A stretch of 64,000 nucleotides of DNA from Thermodesulfobacteriota bacterium (GCA_965226585.1 OZ245366.1:1-64000); one strand, 5' to 3'. Counted from the first letter of the stretch, positions 30,401 through 40,015 are shown. The notes: generated by a model not told the origin, from the letters alone. Program-made: numbers and translations.

Positions 30401-33027
30401 AAAGATGAGTTGAGGGATTCAACACTTACGGTTTCGTTGCCGGTGTTGCTGACCTTAAAGAACTGTCCGCTTGACCCCTCATTAAAACCGATTGTTGAGT
30501 TGTGAAGGTCAAGCGTAATGTCGCCGCCGTTCGCGCCCAAAACAAAAGCCGCTCCGCCCTCGTTGCCGACAGTAAAGTTTGAGTTGTTCACGCTCGAATT
30601 TCCCGACTTAACTGTAACAACGAAAGAGTCATTTTTTTCCGTCCAAACATCAGAACCGTTAATACTTACATTTTGCGCAACAATGGCGTTGCTTTCCTTG
30701 CCGCTAGTCCAAATTTTCAAGCCGCGAACGGTTACCGCCGTGTTCGCAAACACGGTTGTTGAAAAGTTTCCTTCCGTCCAAATCTCTCCGTCCGGTGAGG
30801 ATAATGAGACCGTTCCGCCATTACTTTCCGCGAACACCGCCGAACTGTTTTCGCCTTCTGCCCATATCGTGCCGCCGGTGTTAAATGAGACATCTCCGGT
30901 TCCCGTCTTTATGCGGACTGTGTTGCTGTTATGCATTTCCGTCCATATTCTCGTGTCTATTATGGAGTCCGTTTCTATGGAGACATTCCCGCCGCCGCTT
31001 TCCACAAACACCGCAGAACTGTTTTTCTTGTTTGCCCATATCTTGCCGCCGATAGTAAATGAAACATCTTCGGTTCCCGTCTTTATGTGGACTGCGTTGC
31101 TGTAATTCTTTTCCGCCTTTATCTCCGCGCCTATTATGAAGACATTTTCGCCGCCAGTTTCCACACTAATCGCAGAACTTCTTGGACCTTTTGCCGATAC
31201 CTTGCCGGTGGTGACGAATGAGACATCTCCGGTTCCCGTCTTTATGTGGACTGTGTTGCTTCTTTGCAGTTTCGTCCACATATCCGTGCCTATTATGGAG
31301 ACATTTCCACTGCCAGTTTCCACACTTATCGCAGAACTTCTTGAGCCGTTTGCCCATACCTTGCCGCTAGTGTTAAATAAAACATGTCCGTTTTCCGTCT
31401 TTATGCGGATTGTGTTACTTCTTTGCCCTTCCGTCCACGCCTGTTGAGCGTTGAAGTATTCGCTAATTTTCACCTCTTCATCCGCCACTCCTTGGTGGTC
31501 AAGAGAGAAGGCGGAGCCGCTTCTGCCGTTTGCCCACACTCTGTTTATGTTGAAAATGGAGATGAGGTCTGTCCGTTCAAGTTCATCAATCCGGTTTGTT
31601 ACCGTTCCGCTTTCGTCAATCGTGGTTGAGAAAACAGTCGCGCCGTTCTCTCCCATCCAGAAAGATGAGTTGTGGGACCTAACGATTACCTTTCCGCTGT
31701 TGTCGGTTCCTGTGATGTCAAAAAACTCTCCGTCTGCGCCCTCAAACCCGATTGTTGAGTTGTGAAGGTTAAGCGTAACGTCGCCGCCGATCGCGTCCAA
31801 AACAAAAACCTTTCCGTCCTTATAAGCAGTAAGGTTTGAACTGTTCACGCTTGAAATTCCCGATATAATTTCAACAACGGAGGAATCTTCTTCCGTCCAA
31901 ACATCAGAACCTTCAATCTCTACGTTTTTCGCAATAATGGCAGTGCCTCTAGACCCGTTAGACCAAACCCGCGAGTTGCTTACATTTGCTGTCCCGCTCA
32001 GTGCGTAAATGGCAGTGCCTCTAGACTCGTTAGACCAAACCTGTGAGTTGCTTACATTTGCTGTCCCGCCCAGTGCGTAAATGGCGATGCCTCCAACGTC
32101 GTCAGCCCAAACCTGTGAGTTGCTACTTACGGTTACTGTTCCGCCCGTTGTAAAAATAGCCATGCCTCCAACGCCGTTAGCCCAAACCCGCGAGTTGCTA
32201 CTTACGGTTGCTGTTCCGCTCGTTGTAAAAATAGCCATGCCTCCAATGCTGCCGTCAGCCCAAACGTTTGCGTCGTGAACAATCGCCGTGTTCGCAGACA
32301 CGGCTTCTGAAAAGTTTCCGTTTGTCCAAACCTGCGCTCCCTTGATTTTCGCCGTTGCCGCATTAACCGCCTTGCTTGATTGACCGTTAGCCCACACATT
32401 CAGATTGTTGATTTCCGCCGTTCCTATCGCTTTTACTGTTGAAACGCCGTTAATGGTTGTCCAGACTTGTCCCTTTCCATCTTCTGAGACAACCGCAACG
32501 TTTCCCGAATTTCCCGAAACAACCGCCGAACTTGTGCCGCCGCTTGCCCACACTTTTCCTTCATTCAGAATGTTGACCATTTCCGCCACTATCGTGTTGC
32601 TTGCCGCCCCGTTAGCCCAAACCTGCGCGTTGTTGACCAACACGGTTTCCGCCGTAACCGCCGAACTTGTTCCGCCGTTTGCCCATACTTTTGCGCCGTG
32701 AATGTTTGCCGCTGTTGTCGCCTTTACTGTTGAACTTCCCGAAGCGTTAGACCAGACCTGTCCCGTTCCGTCTCCTGATATGACCGTAACCCCTCCGCCG
32801 GCTTTCGCTGAAATTGCCGAACTTCCCGAAGCGTTAGACCAGACTTTGCCGTCATTTGAAACATTGACCGTTTCCGCCACTATTGCGTTACTTCTTTCGC
32901 CTTCCGCCCACACTTCAGCGCCGTAGACTGCAACATTTGTTGCTGAAATGGCGGCAGCATAAGAGGGCGGCGCGGAAAGCGTGATTAAGAGAGAAAGCAG
33001 AATAAGAGGGGTTGCGGTTTTAGACAT
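27460..33027 (-). CDS. Autotransporter (type Va) surface protein 2, paralogue of protein 1
   Basis: SAPPSYA signal, many (V/I)W(A/T/S)(N/E)G repeats, IVCGGALSG motif shared with protein 1, barrel ending GGFNYKF. Confidence 0.85.
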   Translation of the reverse strand: MSKTATPLILLSLLITLSAPPSYAAAISATNVAVYGAEVWAEGERSNAIVAETVNVSNDGKVWSNASGSSAISAKAGGGVTVISGDGTGQVWSNASGSSTVKATTAANIHGAKVWANGGTSSAVTAETVLVNNAQVWANGAASNTIVAEMVNILNEGKVWASGGTSSAVVSGNSGNVAVVSEDGKGQVWTTINGVSTVKAIGTAEINNLNVWANGQSSKAVNAATAKIKGAQVWTNGNFSEAVSANTAIVHDANVWADGSIGGMAIFTTSGTATVSSNSRVWANGVGGMAIFTTGGTVTVSSNSQVWADDVGGIAIYALGGTANVSNSQVWSNESRGTAIYALSGTANVSNSRVWSNGSRGTAIIAKNVEIEGSDVWTEEDSSVVEIISGISSVNSSNLTAYKDGKVFVLDAIGGDVTLNLHNSTIGFEGADGEFFDITGTDNSGKVIVRSHNSSFWMGENGATVFSTTIDESGTVTNRIDELERTDLISIFNINRVWANGRSGSAFSLDHQGVADEEVKISEYFNAQQAWTEGQRSNTIRIKTENGHVLFNTSGKVWANGSRSSAISVETGSGNVSIIGTDMWTKLQRSNTVHIKTGTGDVSFVTTGKVSAKGPRSSAISVETGGENVFIIGAEIKAEKNYSNAVHIKTGTEDVSFTIGGKIWANKKNSSAVFVESGGGNVSIETDSIIDTRIWTEMHNSNTVRIKTGTGDVSFNTGGTIWAEGENSSAVFAESNGGTVSLSSPDGEIWTEGNFSTTVFANTAVTVRGLKIWTSGKESNAIVAQNVSINGSDVWTEKNDSFVVTVKSGNSSVNNSNFTVGNEGGAAFVLGANGGDITLDLHNSTIGFNEGSSGQFFKVSNTGNETVSVESLNSSFWMGGDGATVFSTIVEADGAVKNRLGGFELADSIVISDINRVWAKGTNSSAFFFNHQGAAVDYDGDEYLKISSYFDFDAKQAWTEGDNSETIRIKTGAANISFTTGGKIWANGANSSAISAESNGSGAVFIRGAEALETWTEGNNSKTIYVKTETGNASFTTGDNSKIWANGANSSAIIAQTNTGDANIEIGANRSVWTNGVNSVAVMAEATGAGHASVYTQQGAKIFTNAANSVAVLVRMNGRNVVVIHSAGHTPRSQPRSSHADSSAESGGVELNIANGAIVCGGALSGSTCTPGADSYAVRFEADDGVGGDTKIIIGAGGYLGGAVSFSESRDVVIYNNGSFTGSGTTGDGDDTVENRGTITLSDSDFDMGDGNDTVENKEAITLFGGDFDMGDGDDTVENRGTITLFGGDLDMGDGDDTVENRGTFILFGGDFDMGDGDGTVENRGTFILVGGTYGGGQSAQSSAGFRVRHGETEPAHSTQSSGGEGRFRLSAASPASAPSSPETPTINFGGGEDTFINNGKMVIEEAGGFNGLDKISFGTNSTLVVSADPEKMADKPLIDIEGEITAEDIEGFSVRVDVPGTHINEYTIFEADDLLDGEKRQEVVDLINEKIGERASVEADGNGNLFVRATSHKDTSLDVYDALIQSAYRSDRNFADKLARGCGTGGAASDEIDGDFWTGCVWATSGGRYTRHTSAIQYDEDVYSFTGGASAPFSGVLVSVAGGYEISTIDASAETAFDEDTRGLAKAGGDATRFMGGIFAEGAIDEFVVDGNLRYVSTNWEATRTADGDRYSADVDATVFGGAIAVTKPFLSGKVALLPRLELGASYITADKFTENSLTTTGTDAEIAAADMDKFHVDETSELLVYVSPSIEARSPVSEMLSMWMRAGADVQVLNPESEIEGRLIRDGENDGDPDVPENVLRDGTMDRVMFTYSAGMEYNPYDRLNISIEYGGGTSTSFNTFIQQFRGGFNYKF
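29030..29350 (-). repeat. 66-bp (22-aa) coding tandem repeat, about 5 copies, RTX-like
   Basis: ACCGTCTCC recurs at 29077, 29143, 29209, 29275 and 29341; consensus GDGDDTVENRGTITLFGGDFDM. Confidence 0.9.
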
Positions 33028-33090
33028 TTTAGGTGCTCCAAACTTTATTAAAGTTTAGTCTATGGACAAGAATGGGGTCAGGTCAAGTTC

Positions 33091-33365
33091 CGTCATTCCG
33101 TGCCTGACACGGAATCCAGTATTCAACTGGCTAATTAATACTGGATTCCTGCTTCCGCAGGAATGACGAGGGAAGGGCAACGGAATGACGCTTCTCACCA
33201 CTCCGTCATTCCGTGTTTGTCTCCTTCCCGTCATTCCGTGCTTGACACGGAATCCAGTATTCAACTGGCTAATTAATACTGGATTCCTGCTTTCGCAGGA
33301 ATGACGGGGAAAGAGGAATGACGGGAGAAGGGGCAACGGAATGACGGAGGGGCAACGGAATGACA
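33091..33365. repeat. Repeat locus 3: two 78-bp units (33091, 33229) plus tails
   Basis: Both units have the central variant CTAATT. Confidence 0.95.
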
Positions 33366-33368
33366 ACC

Positions 33369-34355
33369 CTAATGACTTCTCTCCGCCGCGAAATCCGCGA
33401 GCGTTAGAAGCGAGCGTTTGTAACTGCCGTCCGGAAAAAATGATATGGCATCTTTCGCGCTCAAGACATGGCTTTTCGCCTTGTCAAAAGTCGCCTTCAC
33501 TCCTCCGTAATCCGCAACAAAACGCTTTATCGGAACCGTGTCGCACTCTCCCCCCGATACAAGTTTTTTCAAATGACCCTCAAACTCCACGCGCACACGG
33601 GCGGGAGCGTTGGAAATGGCTTTGAGAAGCGGAAGCGTCATCTTCGCCCCCTCTATGTCAAGCCCCGTGTCTTTGCCAAGCTGCTCGGTTGAAGACGAAT
33701 AATCAAGAGCATCATCGGTAAGCTGAAACGCTATCCCAAGATTCAACCCGTACTCGGCAAGCGCGTCCGTTCTGCCGTTTGCCGAACCCGCAAGTATGGC
33801 TCCCATCACGGCGCAACACTCTATCAGCGAAGCCGTCTTCTCACGCACAATCTGCATACAGGCGTTTTCGTCAATCTCCATCATCTCCTTCTCGCCCATA
33901 ACCTCTATCATCACACCCTCTATCACCCTCTTCGCGGCGGAACAAAAAACCTTGGAAAGCCGCGAGTCATCACACGAAAGCACAAGATTCAAAGCGCGTA
34001 TCAAAAGCGCGTCTCCGGCAAGAACGGAACACTGATTTCCCCAAACCGTGTTTGCAGACTTCCGCCCCCTTCTTGTGGAAGCATTGTCTATCACGTCATC
34101 GTGAAGCAAAGACGCTATGTGCGTGAGCTCAACGGCGGCGGCTGAGGCAATTCTGTTCTCGCCGTCCTCAAGCCCGCATATTCCGCTTGAAAGAAGAAGC
34201 ACCGAGGGCCTGAGCCGCTTGCCGCCGCTTCCAACTATGTATGACGATATGCTGTGAACGAGCTCTACGGGAGACTGGCAGTTCTTCACCAGTTCATCCT
34301 CAACAAGACTCATGTCGTTTGAGATAATCGCGGAGTTGTCCGTATCTGTCTGCAT
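33369..34355 (-). CDS. ispB: Polyprenyl (octaprenyl-type) diphosphate synthase
   Basis: GGKRLRP, ASLLHDDVID..RRG, KTASL, AFQLTDDALD; ATG at 34355. Confidence 0.9.
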   Translation of the reverse strand: MQTDTDNSAIISNDMSLVEDELVKNCQSPVELVHSISSYIVGSGGKRLRPSVLLLSSGICGLEDGENRIASAAAVELTHIASLLHDDVIDNASTRRGRKSANTVWGNQCSVLAGDALLIRALNLVLSCDDSRLSKVFCSAAKRVIEGVMIEVMGEKEMMEIDENACMQIVREKTASLIECCAVMGAILAGSANGRTDALAEYGLNLGIAFQLTDDALDYSSSTEQLGKDTGLDIEGAKMTLPLLKAISNAPARVRVEFEGHLKKLVSGGECDTVPIKRFVADYGGVKATFDKAKSHVLSAKDAISFFPDGSYKRSLLTLADFAAERSH

Positions 34356-34444
34356 CGGGGTTAAATTATTGTCACAAAAGACTTTCAAGTCAAAACGGCT
34401 ATAATAACTCTCAAACATTCGCTCCCGCGAACCGGGGAATTGTC

Positions 34445-34876
34445 TTGAACTCATTTGACACCGCCATAGTAATTGCGTGCCTCGCGGCTTTCGCTCTGGG
34501 GCTTACGGGCAGAGGGCTTATCAGCCTGTCTTTAACGCTTGCGGCGGGCGCGGCGGGCATCGCGGCGGGATACCTTTTTGGTCCCGCAATCGCGGAACGG
34601 GGATGGGCTTGGAACGAATGGGTCGGCGGACTTGCGGTGTTTCTCGCGGTGTTTGCGGCGATTGCCGCCCTCCGCTCGGTCGCGGGCAAAGTTCCCGGAC
34701 TGAAAGTTCTGATGCGGGTTGCAGACGGCATCATAAGCGCGGGCGTTGTGGCGGTGGCGGCGGTGTTTCTGTTTGAAGCGGCGGAAGCGATGAGAGGACA
34801 GGAGAAAACAGAGGATGCGGCAAAATCTCTTATACGCGGAAAAATTATTGAACTGTATGACGGAAAAGAAAAATGA
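34445..34876 (+). CDS. CvpA-like membrane protein
   Basis: N-terminus MNSFDTAIVIACLAAFALGLTGRGLI and about four hydrophobic segments; overlaps the fbp start. Confidence 0.55.
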   Translation: MNSFDTAIVIACLAAFALGLTGRGLISLSLTLAAGAAGIAAGYLFGPAIAERGWAWNEWVGGLAVFLAVFAAIAALRSVAGKVPGLKVLMRVADGIISAGVVAVAAVFLFEAAEAMRGQEKTEDAAKSLIRGKIIELYDGKEK

Positions 34877-35889
34877 AAAGCATAACAACTCTTAACAAAC
34901 ACATCATATCTTTGTTCGGAATTGACAAGTTTCACGGCGGGGTTTTCACAATCCTGCGGGAACTGGTTTTTGTCTCCAAACTTATGCACCGCGATGTGAA
35001 CAAGGCGGGCATCGTGGAAGGCATCATCGGCGGAACGGGCAATATCAACTATCACGGAGACTCAACACAGAAACTGGACATACTGGCAAACGAGCGCGTA
35101 ATCTCAACCCTTGAAGCGGGCGGCGAGTGTTGCGGTGTGGTGTCGGAAGAAAACGACAACATAGTCGCCCTGAAAGGCGAGAACTCTGAAAAAGGGGAAT
35201 ACGTGCTTGCCATAGACCCGCTTGACGGCTCTTCAAACATAGACGTGAACGTTACGGTGGGCATTATCTTTTCCATATACAAACGCAAATCCAAAACCCC
35301 CGGACCCTGCGGAGAGGAGGATTTTCTCAGGCGCGGACGCGAGCAGGAACTTGCCGGATACATAGTGTTCGGTTCGTCAACGATGCTTGTTTTTACCGCC
35401 GGCAAAGGGGTGAACGGATTTACGCTTGACCCGTCAATAGGCGAGTTCTGCCTGTCGCATCCGCAGATACGAATACCGGAAAACGGCGAACTTTATTCCG
35501 TCAATCACGGGCTTTCATCGGCGTTTCCCGGCTGGGTTAAGCGGTTCATTGAATACTGCGGAGAAACAGACGCCAAAACGGGAAGACCCTACTCGTGCAG
35601 ATACACCGGCTCTATGGTGGCGGACATACACAGAAATATGCTCAAAGGCGGAATCTTCATGTATCCCGCCACCGCCAAATACCCGAAAGGAAAACTGCGC
35701 CTTTTATACGAATGCAACCCCATCTCTTTCATAGTTGAGGAGGCGGGCGGCAAAGCGGTCTGCGGCGGTGAAAACATAATGGACATAGAGGTGTCTTCAA
35801 TCCACCAGAGAACACCGATATTTGCGGGCTCAAAAAATCTTGTGGATATCGCGGAAAACTTTCGCGGCGAAGTGGAAAAAGGAAAGTGA
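34873..35889 (+). CDS. fbp: Fructose-1,6-bisphosphatase class 1
   Basis: QKLDILAN, SEE, DPLDGSSNIDVN, RYTGSMVADIHR, GKLRLLYECNP. Confidence 0.96.
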   Translation: MKSITTLNKHIISLFGIDKFHGGVFTILRELVFVSKLMHRDVNKAGIVEGIIGGTGNINYHGDSTQKLDILANERVISTLEAGGECCGVVSEENDNIVALKGENSEKGEYVLAIDPLDGSSNIDVNVTVGIIFSIYKRKSKTPGPCGEEDFLRRGREQELAGYIVFGSSTMLVFTAGKGVNGFTLDPSIGEFCLSHPQIRIPENGELYSVNHGLSSAFPGWVKRFIEYCGETDAKTGRPYSCRYTGSMVADIHRNMLKGGIFMYPATAKYPKGKLRLLYECNPISFIVEEAGGKAVCGGENIMDIEVSSIHQRTPIFAGSKNLVDIAENFRGEVEKGK

Positions 35890-38462
35890 GCATAAAAGAC
35901 GCAAAAAACGGCGCGCGGGTGTCGCTTGTAGTTCCGTGCTATAACGAGGAAAACCGCCTTTCGGAAAAGAACATAGACGAGTGCCTTGCCGCGCTCGGAA
36001 AAGGGGCGGAGATTGTTCTCGTTGATGACGGCTCAACGGACGGCACGGCAAAACTGATAAAAAAAATCGCTGACGCAAGAGACGGCGTAAAAGGGCTTTT
36101 CCTTTCCCGCAACGGCGGAAAAGCCGGAGCCGTGCGCGCCGGAATGACAAACGCCGTGGAAAGGGGCGCGGATTTTGCGGGATTTTGCGACGCGGATTTC
36201 GCGGCTCCGCCCGAAGAAGTGGCGCGGGTTTTCAAAGAGATGGAAAACTCAGGCGCGCAGGCGGCGATGGGAACGCGCAACTCAAAACAGTCTGAAAACA
36301 TCACGCGCTCATTTTCCCGCTCCGCGCTCAGCCGGGTGTTTTCCCTTGTCTCCTCTTTCGCCCTCAAAAGATTTGTGTCTGATACACAGTGCGGGGCAAA
36401 GTTTTTCAAAAACACTCCCGCGCTGAAAAACGCGCTTTCAGAGCCGTTCATCTCGCGCTGGGGTTTTGATGTTGAGATTGTCGGGCGGATTGAGGCGGAA
36501 AACGGCGAAAAAACGGCTGAGGTTCCCGTCAAGCGGTGGAGCGAACAGCCCGATTCGCGCATGAACTTTCTGTCTATGGCGGCAACCCTTTTCGAACTAA
36601 TGGAGATAAACGGCGACCTGAAAAAACGGCGCGGCGGATACGGAAACAGAAGGGAGCTTTATCTGGAAATCGCCCTCACGGTTTTCGTGCGGCTGATACC
36701 GCTCTACATCCTCACCTACATCCTTACAAATGTGCTTTTCTGGAACGGCTACTGGATAAACCCGGACGCCTATTATCATGCGGGAGTGGCGCAGGCGTAT
36801 GCCGAACACGGCTGGCTTGACTCTTTTCCGTGGCTCAAATACACCACCCTCGGAGACGGCTTTCCAAACGTCTATCTGCTCCAGCATCTTCTGCTTGGAA
36901 TAGTCGCGTTCTTCACCCCGTCATCAGACCCGACAATCATTCTGAAAACCTCAATAATGGCTCTGGCGTTCCTTCAGCAACTGTCGTTCTACTTCTTTTT
37001 GAGAAAGTGGAAAGTTTCCTACGCCTCTTTGTGGGTGTTTGCGGGCGTAACGATTTCATCAAATATGCTCTGGCACATAATGGCTCTGAAAGGGATAACG
37101 CTTTTCTCCATCATATTGCCGTGGATTGTTGACGCGCTCTGGTCTAACAACAGGCGGCGGGCGTTTATTATCGGGTGGATTTCAACCTACTCCTATGTCG
37201 GATTTATACTTATGGGACCCCTTGCGGCGTGCCGGGCGGCGGGGCATCTGTTGTTTGACGGCAAACTGAAAATCAAAACCCCTCTCATGCTGTTTGCCGG
37301 TGTTGCGGCGGGAATACTGCTCTCTCCGTTTTTCCCCGACCACTTGACTCACATATACAGGGAACTTTCAACCGTTTTTGAACGCCCGTCATTTATACAG
37401 GCGGGTGATTTCTTCGGCTCTGAATGGTCTATCCCAGACCGCAATCAGCTTCAGCATTTCATCGGCGGAATGGTTCTCCTCACAATAGCGGCAACCGGCT
37501 ACTACATGCGCAAAAACACGCGGGCAGACAACGTAAGCGGAGCGGCTTTTATCACGGTTTTTGTGTTCTCGCTGTTTCCGTTTGTGGGCGGAATAAAGTT
37601 CGCCCAAACCTTCGCGGTTATCGCAACCCTTATGGTTCCGCTCATATTCCGCGACATTTCTCTTATCTCGCTGAAAATTCCGGTAAGTCTGTCGCGTATT
37701 GTCATCGCTCTGGGCGCGCTTGCGGGGATTGGCGGGGCGTATCTCATCGGGGATTCGGCAACATCTCTGGGGTGGCTTTTGAAAAACGTCTGGGTGGCAA
37801 GGGCGTTTGTCTTTATCGTGACAGCCCCGGCGGTTTTCGGTGTGCTGGTTCTTGCCGAGAGGAAGGCGCCGGAAATCGTTCCGGCGATAAGGGCGCAAGT
37901 TCCGTTCAGTATCAGACCCGCGCTTCCCGTTGTGTTCACAATAATTCTCACCGTCTATTCCCTTCCGTTCATAGAAGACAGGCAGAGGCGCACAAACAAC
38001 GCCGCCGCGCCGCCGCCCGCGGCTTATGAACAGATATCCAAAGTGGTAAAAGCCCTCACGGCAAAGGGCAAGGTTGTTGTCGCCGCGTGGGACGATTTTC
38101 CGGGATTTTTCTACTTCAACCGCGACAACTACTACATCTCCGGAATGAACAACCTGTTTCTCTACCACAGCGATTCGCACAGGTTCACGACATACTACAA
38201 GTTTTTCAAAGCGGGAATAAAAAACCCCGCGAAGTCGCTTCCCGCCGTGTTTGACGGCACAGACCTGATTGTGATTAGAAACGTTCCGAGGGTTGACGGC
38301 GAGAGAGACCTTTTGAAAGTGCTTGAAACGGCGCCGGGCGTGTTTCCCGTCAGCATAGAAAACGGCAGGTTTGTGGCAAAAACTGGAAAGGTGGCGCAAT
38401 ACTGGAGAGTCTACAAAATAGGCGAACGCCCGAAGGCGAAAACGCCGCCGGAAAAAAAATGA
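35886..38462 (+). CDS. Fusion of a GT2 (polyprenyl-phosphate sugar synthase-like) domain to a multi-TM GT-C-like domain
   Basis: VVPCYNEE, VDDGSTDGT, DAD, DTQCGAKFF, WGFDVE; then PDAYYH, many TMs and VVAAWDDFP. Confidence 0.75.
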   Translation: MSIKDAKNGARVSLVVPCYNEENRLSEKNIDECLAALGKGAEIVLVDDGSTDGTAKLIKKIADARDGVKGLFLSRNGGKAGAVRAGMTNAVERGADFAGFCDADFAAPPEEVARVFKEMENSGAQAAMGTRNSKQSENITRSFSRSALSRVFSLVSSFALKRFVSDTQCGAKFFKNTPALKNALSEPFISRWGFDVEIVGRIEAENGEKTAEVPVKRWSEQPDSRMNFLSMAATLFELMEINGDLKKRRGGYGNRRELYLEIALTVFVRLIPLYILTYILTNVLFWNGYWINPDAYYHAGVAQAYAEHGWLDSFPWLKYTTLGDGFPNVYLLQHLLLGIVAFFTPSSDPTIILKTSIMALAFLQQLSFYFFLRKWKVSYASLWVFAGVTISSNMLWHIMALKGITLFSIILPWIVDALWSNNRRRAFIIGWISTYSYVGFILMGPLAACRAAGHLLFDGKLKIKTPLMLFAGVAAGILLSPFFPDHLTHIYRELSTVFERPSFIQAGDFFGSEWSIPDRNQLQHFIGGMVLLTIAATGYYMRKNTRADNVSGAAFITVFVFSLFPFVGGIKFAQTFAVIATLMVPLIFRDISLISLKIPVSLSRIVIALGALAGIGGAYLIGDSATSLGWLLKNVWVARAFVFIVTAPAVFGVLVLAERKAPEIVPAIRAQVPFSIRPALPVVFTIILTVYSLPFIEDRQRRTNNAAAPPPAAYEQISKVVKALTAKGKVVVAAWDDFPGFFYFNRDNYYISGMNNLFLYHSDSHRFTTYYKFFKAGIKNPAKSLPAVFDGTDLIVIRNVPRVDGERDLLKVLETAPGVFPVSIENGRFVAKTGKVAQYWRVYKIGERPKAKTPPEKK

Positions 38463-39352
38463 GCGATGTTGTAACCGAAACAAATCTCGCCGGACTTGGC
38501 GAGCCGTATCGGGGCAAGGTGAGAGATGTGTACGACATTGGAAGCGGCAAACTGCTGATTGTTTCCACCGACAGAGTTTCCGCCTATGACTCCATACTGC
38601 CCACACCGATAAAGGGAAAGGGAGCCGCGCTGAACGGCATTTCGGAGTTCTGGTTCGGACGGCAAATACTGGAAAACTTTGTCGGCAGTCATTTCATAAC
38701 ATCGGATACGGATGAGTATCCCGACATTCTCAAACCTCACGCAGATATTCTCAAATCCCGAAGCATGATAGTTCGCAAAACAGAGCCAATTCCCGTTGAG
38801 TGCGTTGTGCGCGGATACATTTCCGGCTCGGCGTGGAGGGAATACGCGGAAACCGGCGCGGTTTGCGGAAACGAACTTCCGGCGGGTCTTGAGTTGTCGC
38901 AAAAACTGGACGCGCCGATATTCACCCCGTCAACAAAAGCGCCGCAAGGGGAGAGAGACGAGAACATCACATTTGAGCAGGCGTGTGAGATTGCGGGGGA
39001 GACAAATATGGCGTATGTGCGTCTTGCGAGCGTTCACATTTACGCGGCGGCTTTTGAAGTCGCGTTTGAGCGCGGGTTTATAATTGCCGACACAAAGTTT
39101 GAGTTCGGCATTGCGGAAAACGGCGAGATATTGATGATAGACGAAATGTTCACGCCGGATTCCTCCCGTTTCTGGAAGTTGGACGCATACAAGAGCGGCG
39201 AGCCGCAAGACAGTTTTGACAAGCAGATAGTGAGGGATTATCTGGACTCAATCGGCTGGGACAGAAAGCCCCCCGCCCCGCCGCTTTCGGATGAGGTGGC
39301 GGAAAAAACAAGCCGCAGATACGCGGAGATGAAGAGTGTGTTTGGAGGGTAA
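38459..39352 (+). CDS. purC: SAICAR synthetase
   Basis: GKVRDVY, TDRVSAYD, ECVVRGYISGS, FTPSTKA, IADTKFEFG, TPDSSRFW, DKQIVRDYL. Confidence 0.96.
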   Translation: MSDVVTETNLAGLGEPYRGKVRDVYDIGSGKLLIVSTDRVSAYDSILPTPIKGKGAALNGISEFWFGRQILENFVGSHFITSDTDEYPDILKPHADILKSRSMIVRKTEPIPVECVVRGYISGSAWREYAETGAVCGNELPAGLELSQKLDAPIFTPSTKAPQGERDENITFEQACEIAGETNMAYVRLASVHIYAAAFEVAFERGFIIADTKFEFGIAENGEILMIDEMFTPDSSRFWKLDAYKSGEPQDSFDKQIVRDYLDSIGWDRKPPAPPLSDEVAEKTSRRYAEMKSVFGG

Positions 39353-39354
39353 GG

Positions 39355-39531
39355 ATGTCCGGGGAGATAAAATCGCCGTGCATAAATGTGTGCGAGATAG
39401 ATGACGGCGGTTTGTGCGCGGGCTGTATGAGAACGGTTGAGGAGATACGCGCATGGAAAGCCGCGCCGCAAAGGGAAAAGGCGGCGATAGTGGCAAGGGC
39501 GGAAAAGCGCAGGAAGGGGAAAGAGGGATGA
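39355..39531 (+). CDS. DUF1289-like small Cys-rich protein (58 aa, below the ORF-track cutoff)
   Basis: MSGEIKSPCINVCEIDDGGLCAGCMRTVEEIRAWKAA matches the SPCxxxC...CxGCxRTxxEIxxW signature. Confidence 0.85.
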   Translation: MSGEIKSPCINVCEIDDGGLCAGCMRTVEEIRAWKAAPQREKAAIVARAEKRRKGKEG

Positions 39532-39539
39532 CACCATTC

Positions 39540-40010
39540 CGTCATTCCGTGCTTGACACGGAATCCAGTATTCAACTGGCTGACCAATACTGGATTCCTG
39601 CTTTCGCAGGAATGACGAGAGGCGGCAATGGAATGACACTTCCCACTTCCGTCATTCCGTGCTTGACACGGAATCCAGTATTCAACTGGGTTACCCAATA
39701 CTGGATTCCTGCTTTCGCAGGAATGACGAGAGGCGGCAACGGAATGACACTTCCCACTTCCGTCATTCCGTGCTTGACACGGAATCCAGTATTCAACTGG
39801 GTTACCAATACTGGATTCCTGCTTTCGCAGGAATGACGAGAGGCGGCAATGGAATGACACTTCCCACTTCCGTCATTCCGTGCTTGACACGGAATCCAGT
39901 ATTCAACTGGCTGACCAATACTGGATTCCTGCTTTCGCAGGAATGACGGAGGGGGCAGGAATGACGGAGGGGGCGGGAATGACGGACAAAGGGCAACGGA
40001 ATGACGGAGG
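39540..40010. repeat. Repeat locus 4: four units (39540, 39650, 39761, 39871; period 110-111) plus G-rich tails
   Basis: Central variants CTGACC, GTTACCC, GTTACC, CTGACC; constant linker AGAGGCGGCAAYGGAATGACACTTCCCACTTC. Confidence 0.95.
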
Positions 40011-40015
40011 GGCGT

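Noticed and set aside
24223..33027. Autotransporter pair as a mobile genomic island
   Set aside because: Bounded by repeat loci and somewhat more AT-rich by eye, but there is no integrase, transposase, tRNA or att duplication
37389..38606. 405-aa antisense ORF opposite the GT2/GT-C fusion, and other long antisense ORFs
   Set aside because: Shadow frames of well-supported genes, with no recognisable motifs
39150..39946. ORFs with VIPAKAGIQ / RHSCESRNP / GFRVKHGMT peptides (also 33055-33366, 56131-56709, 57842-58629, 60545-61218, 63452-63664)
   Set aside because: Translations of the palindromic repeat, which is open in several frames; not credible stand-alone genes
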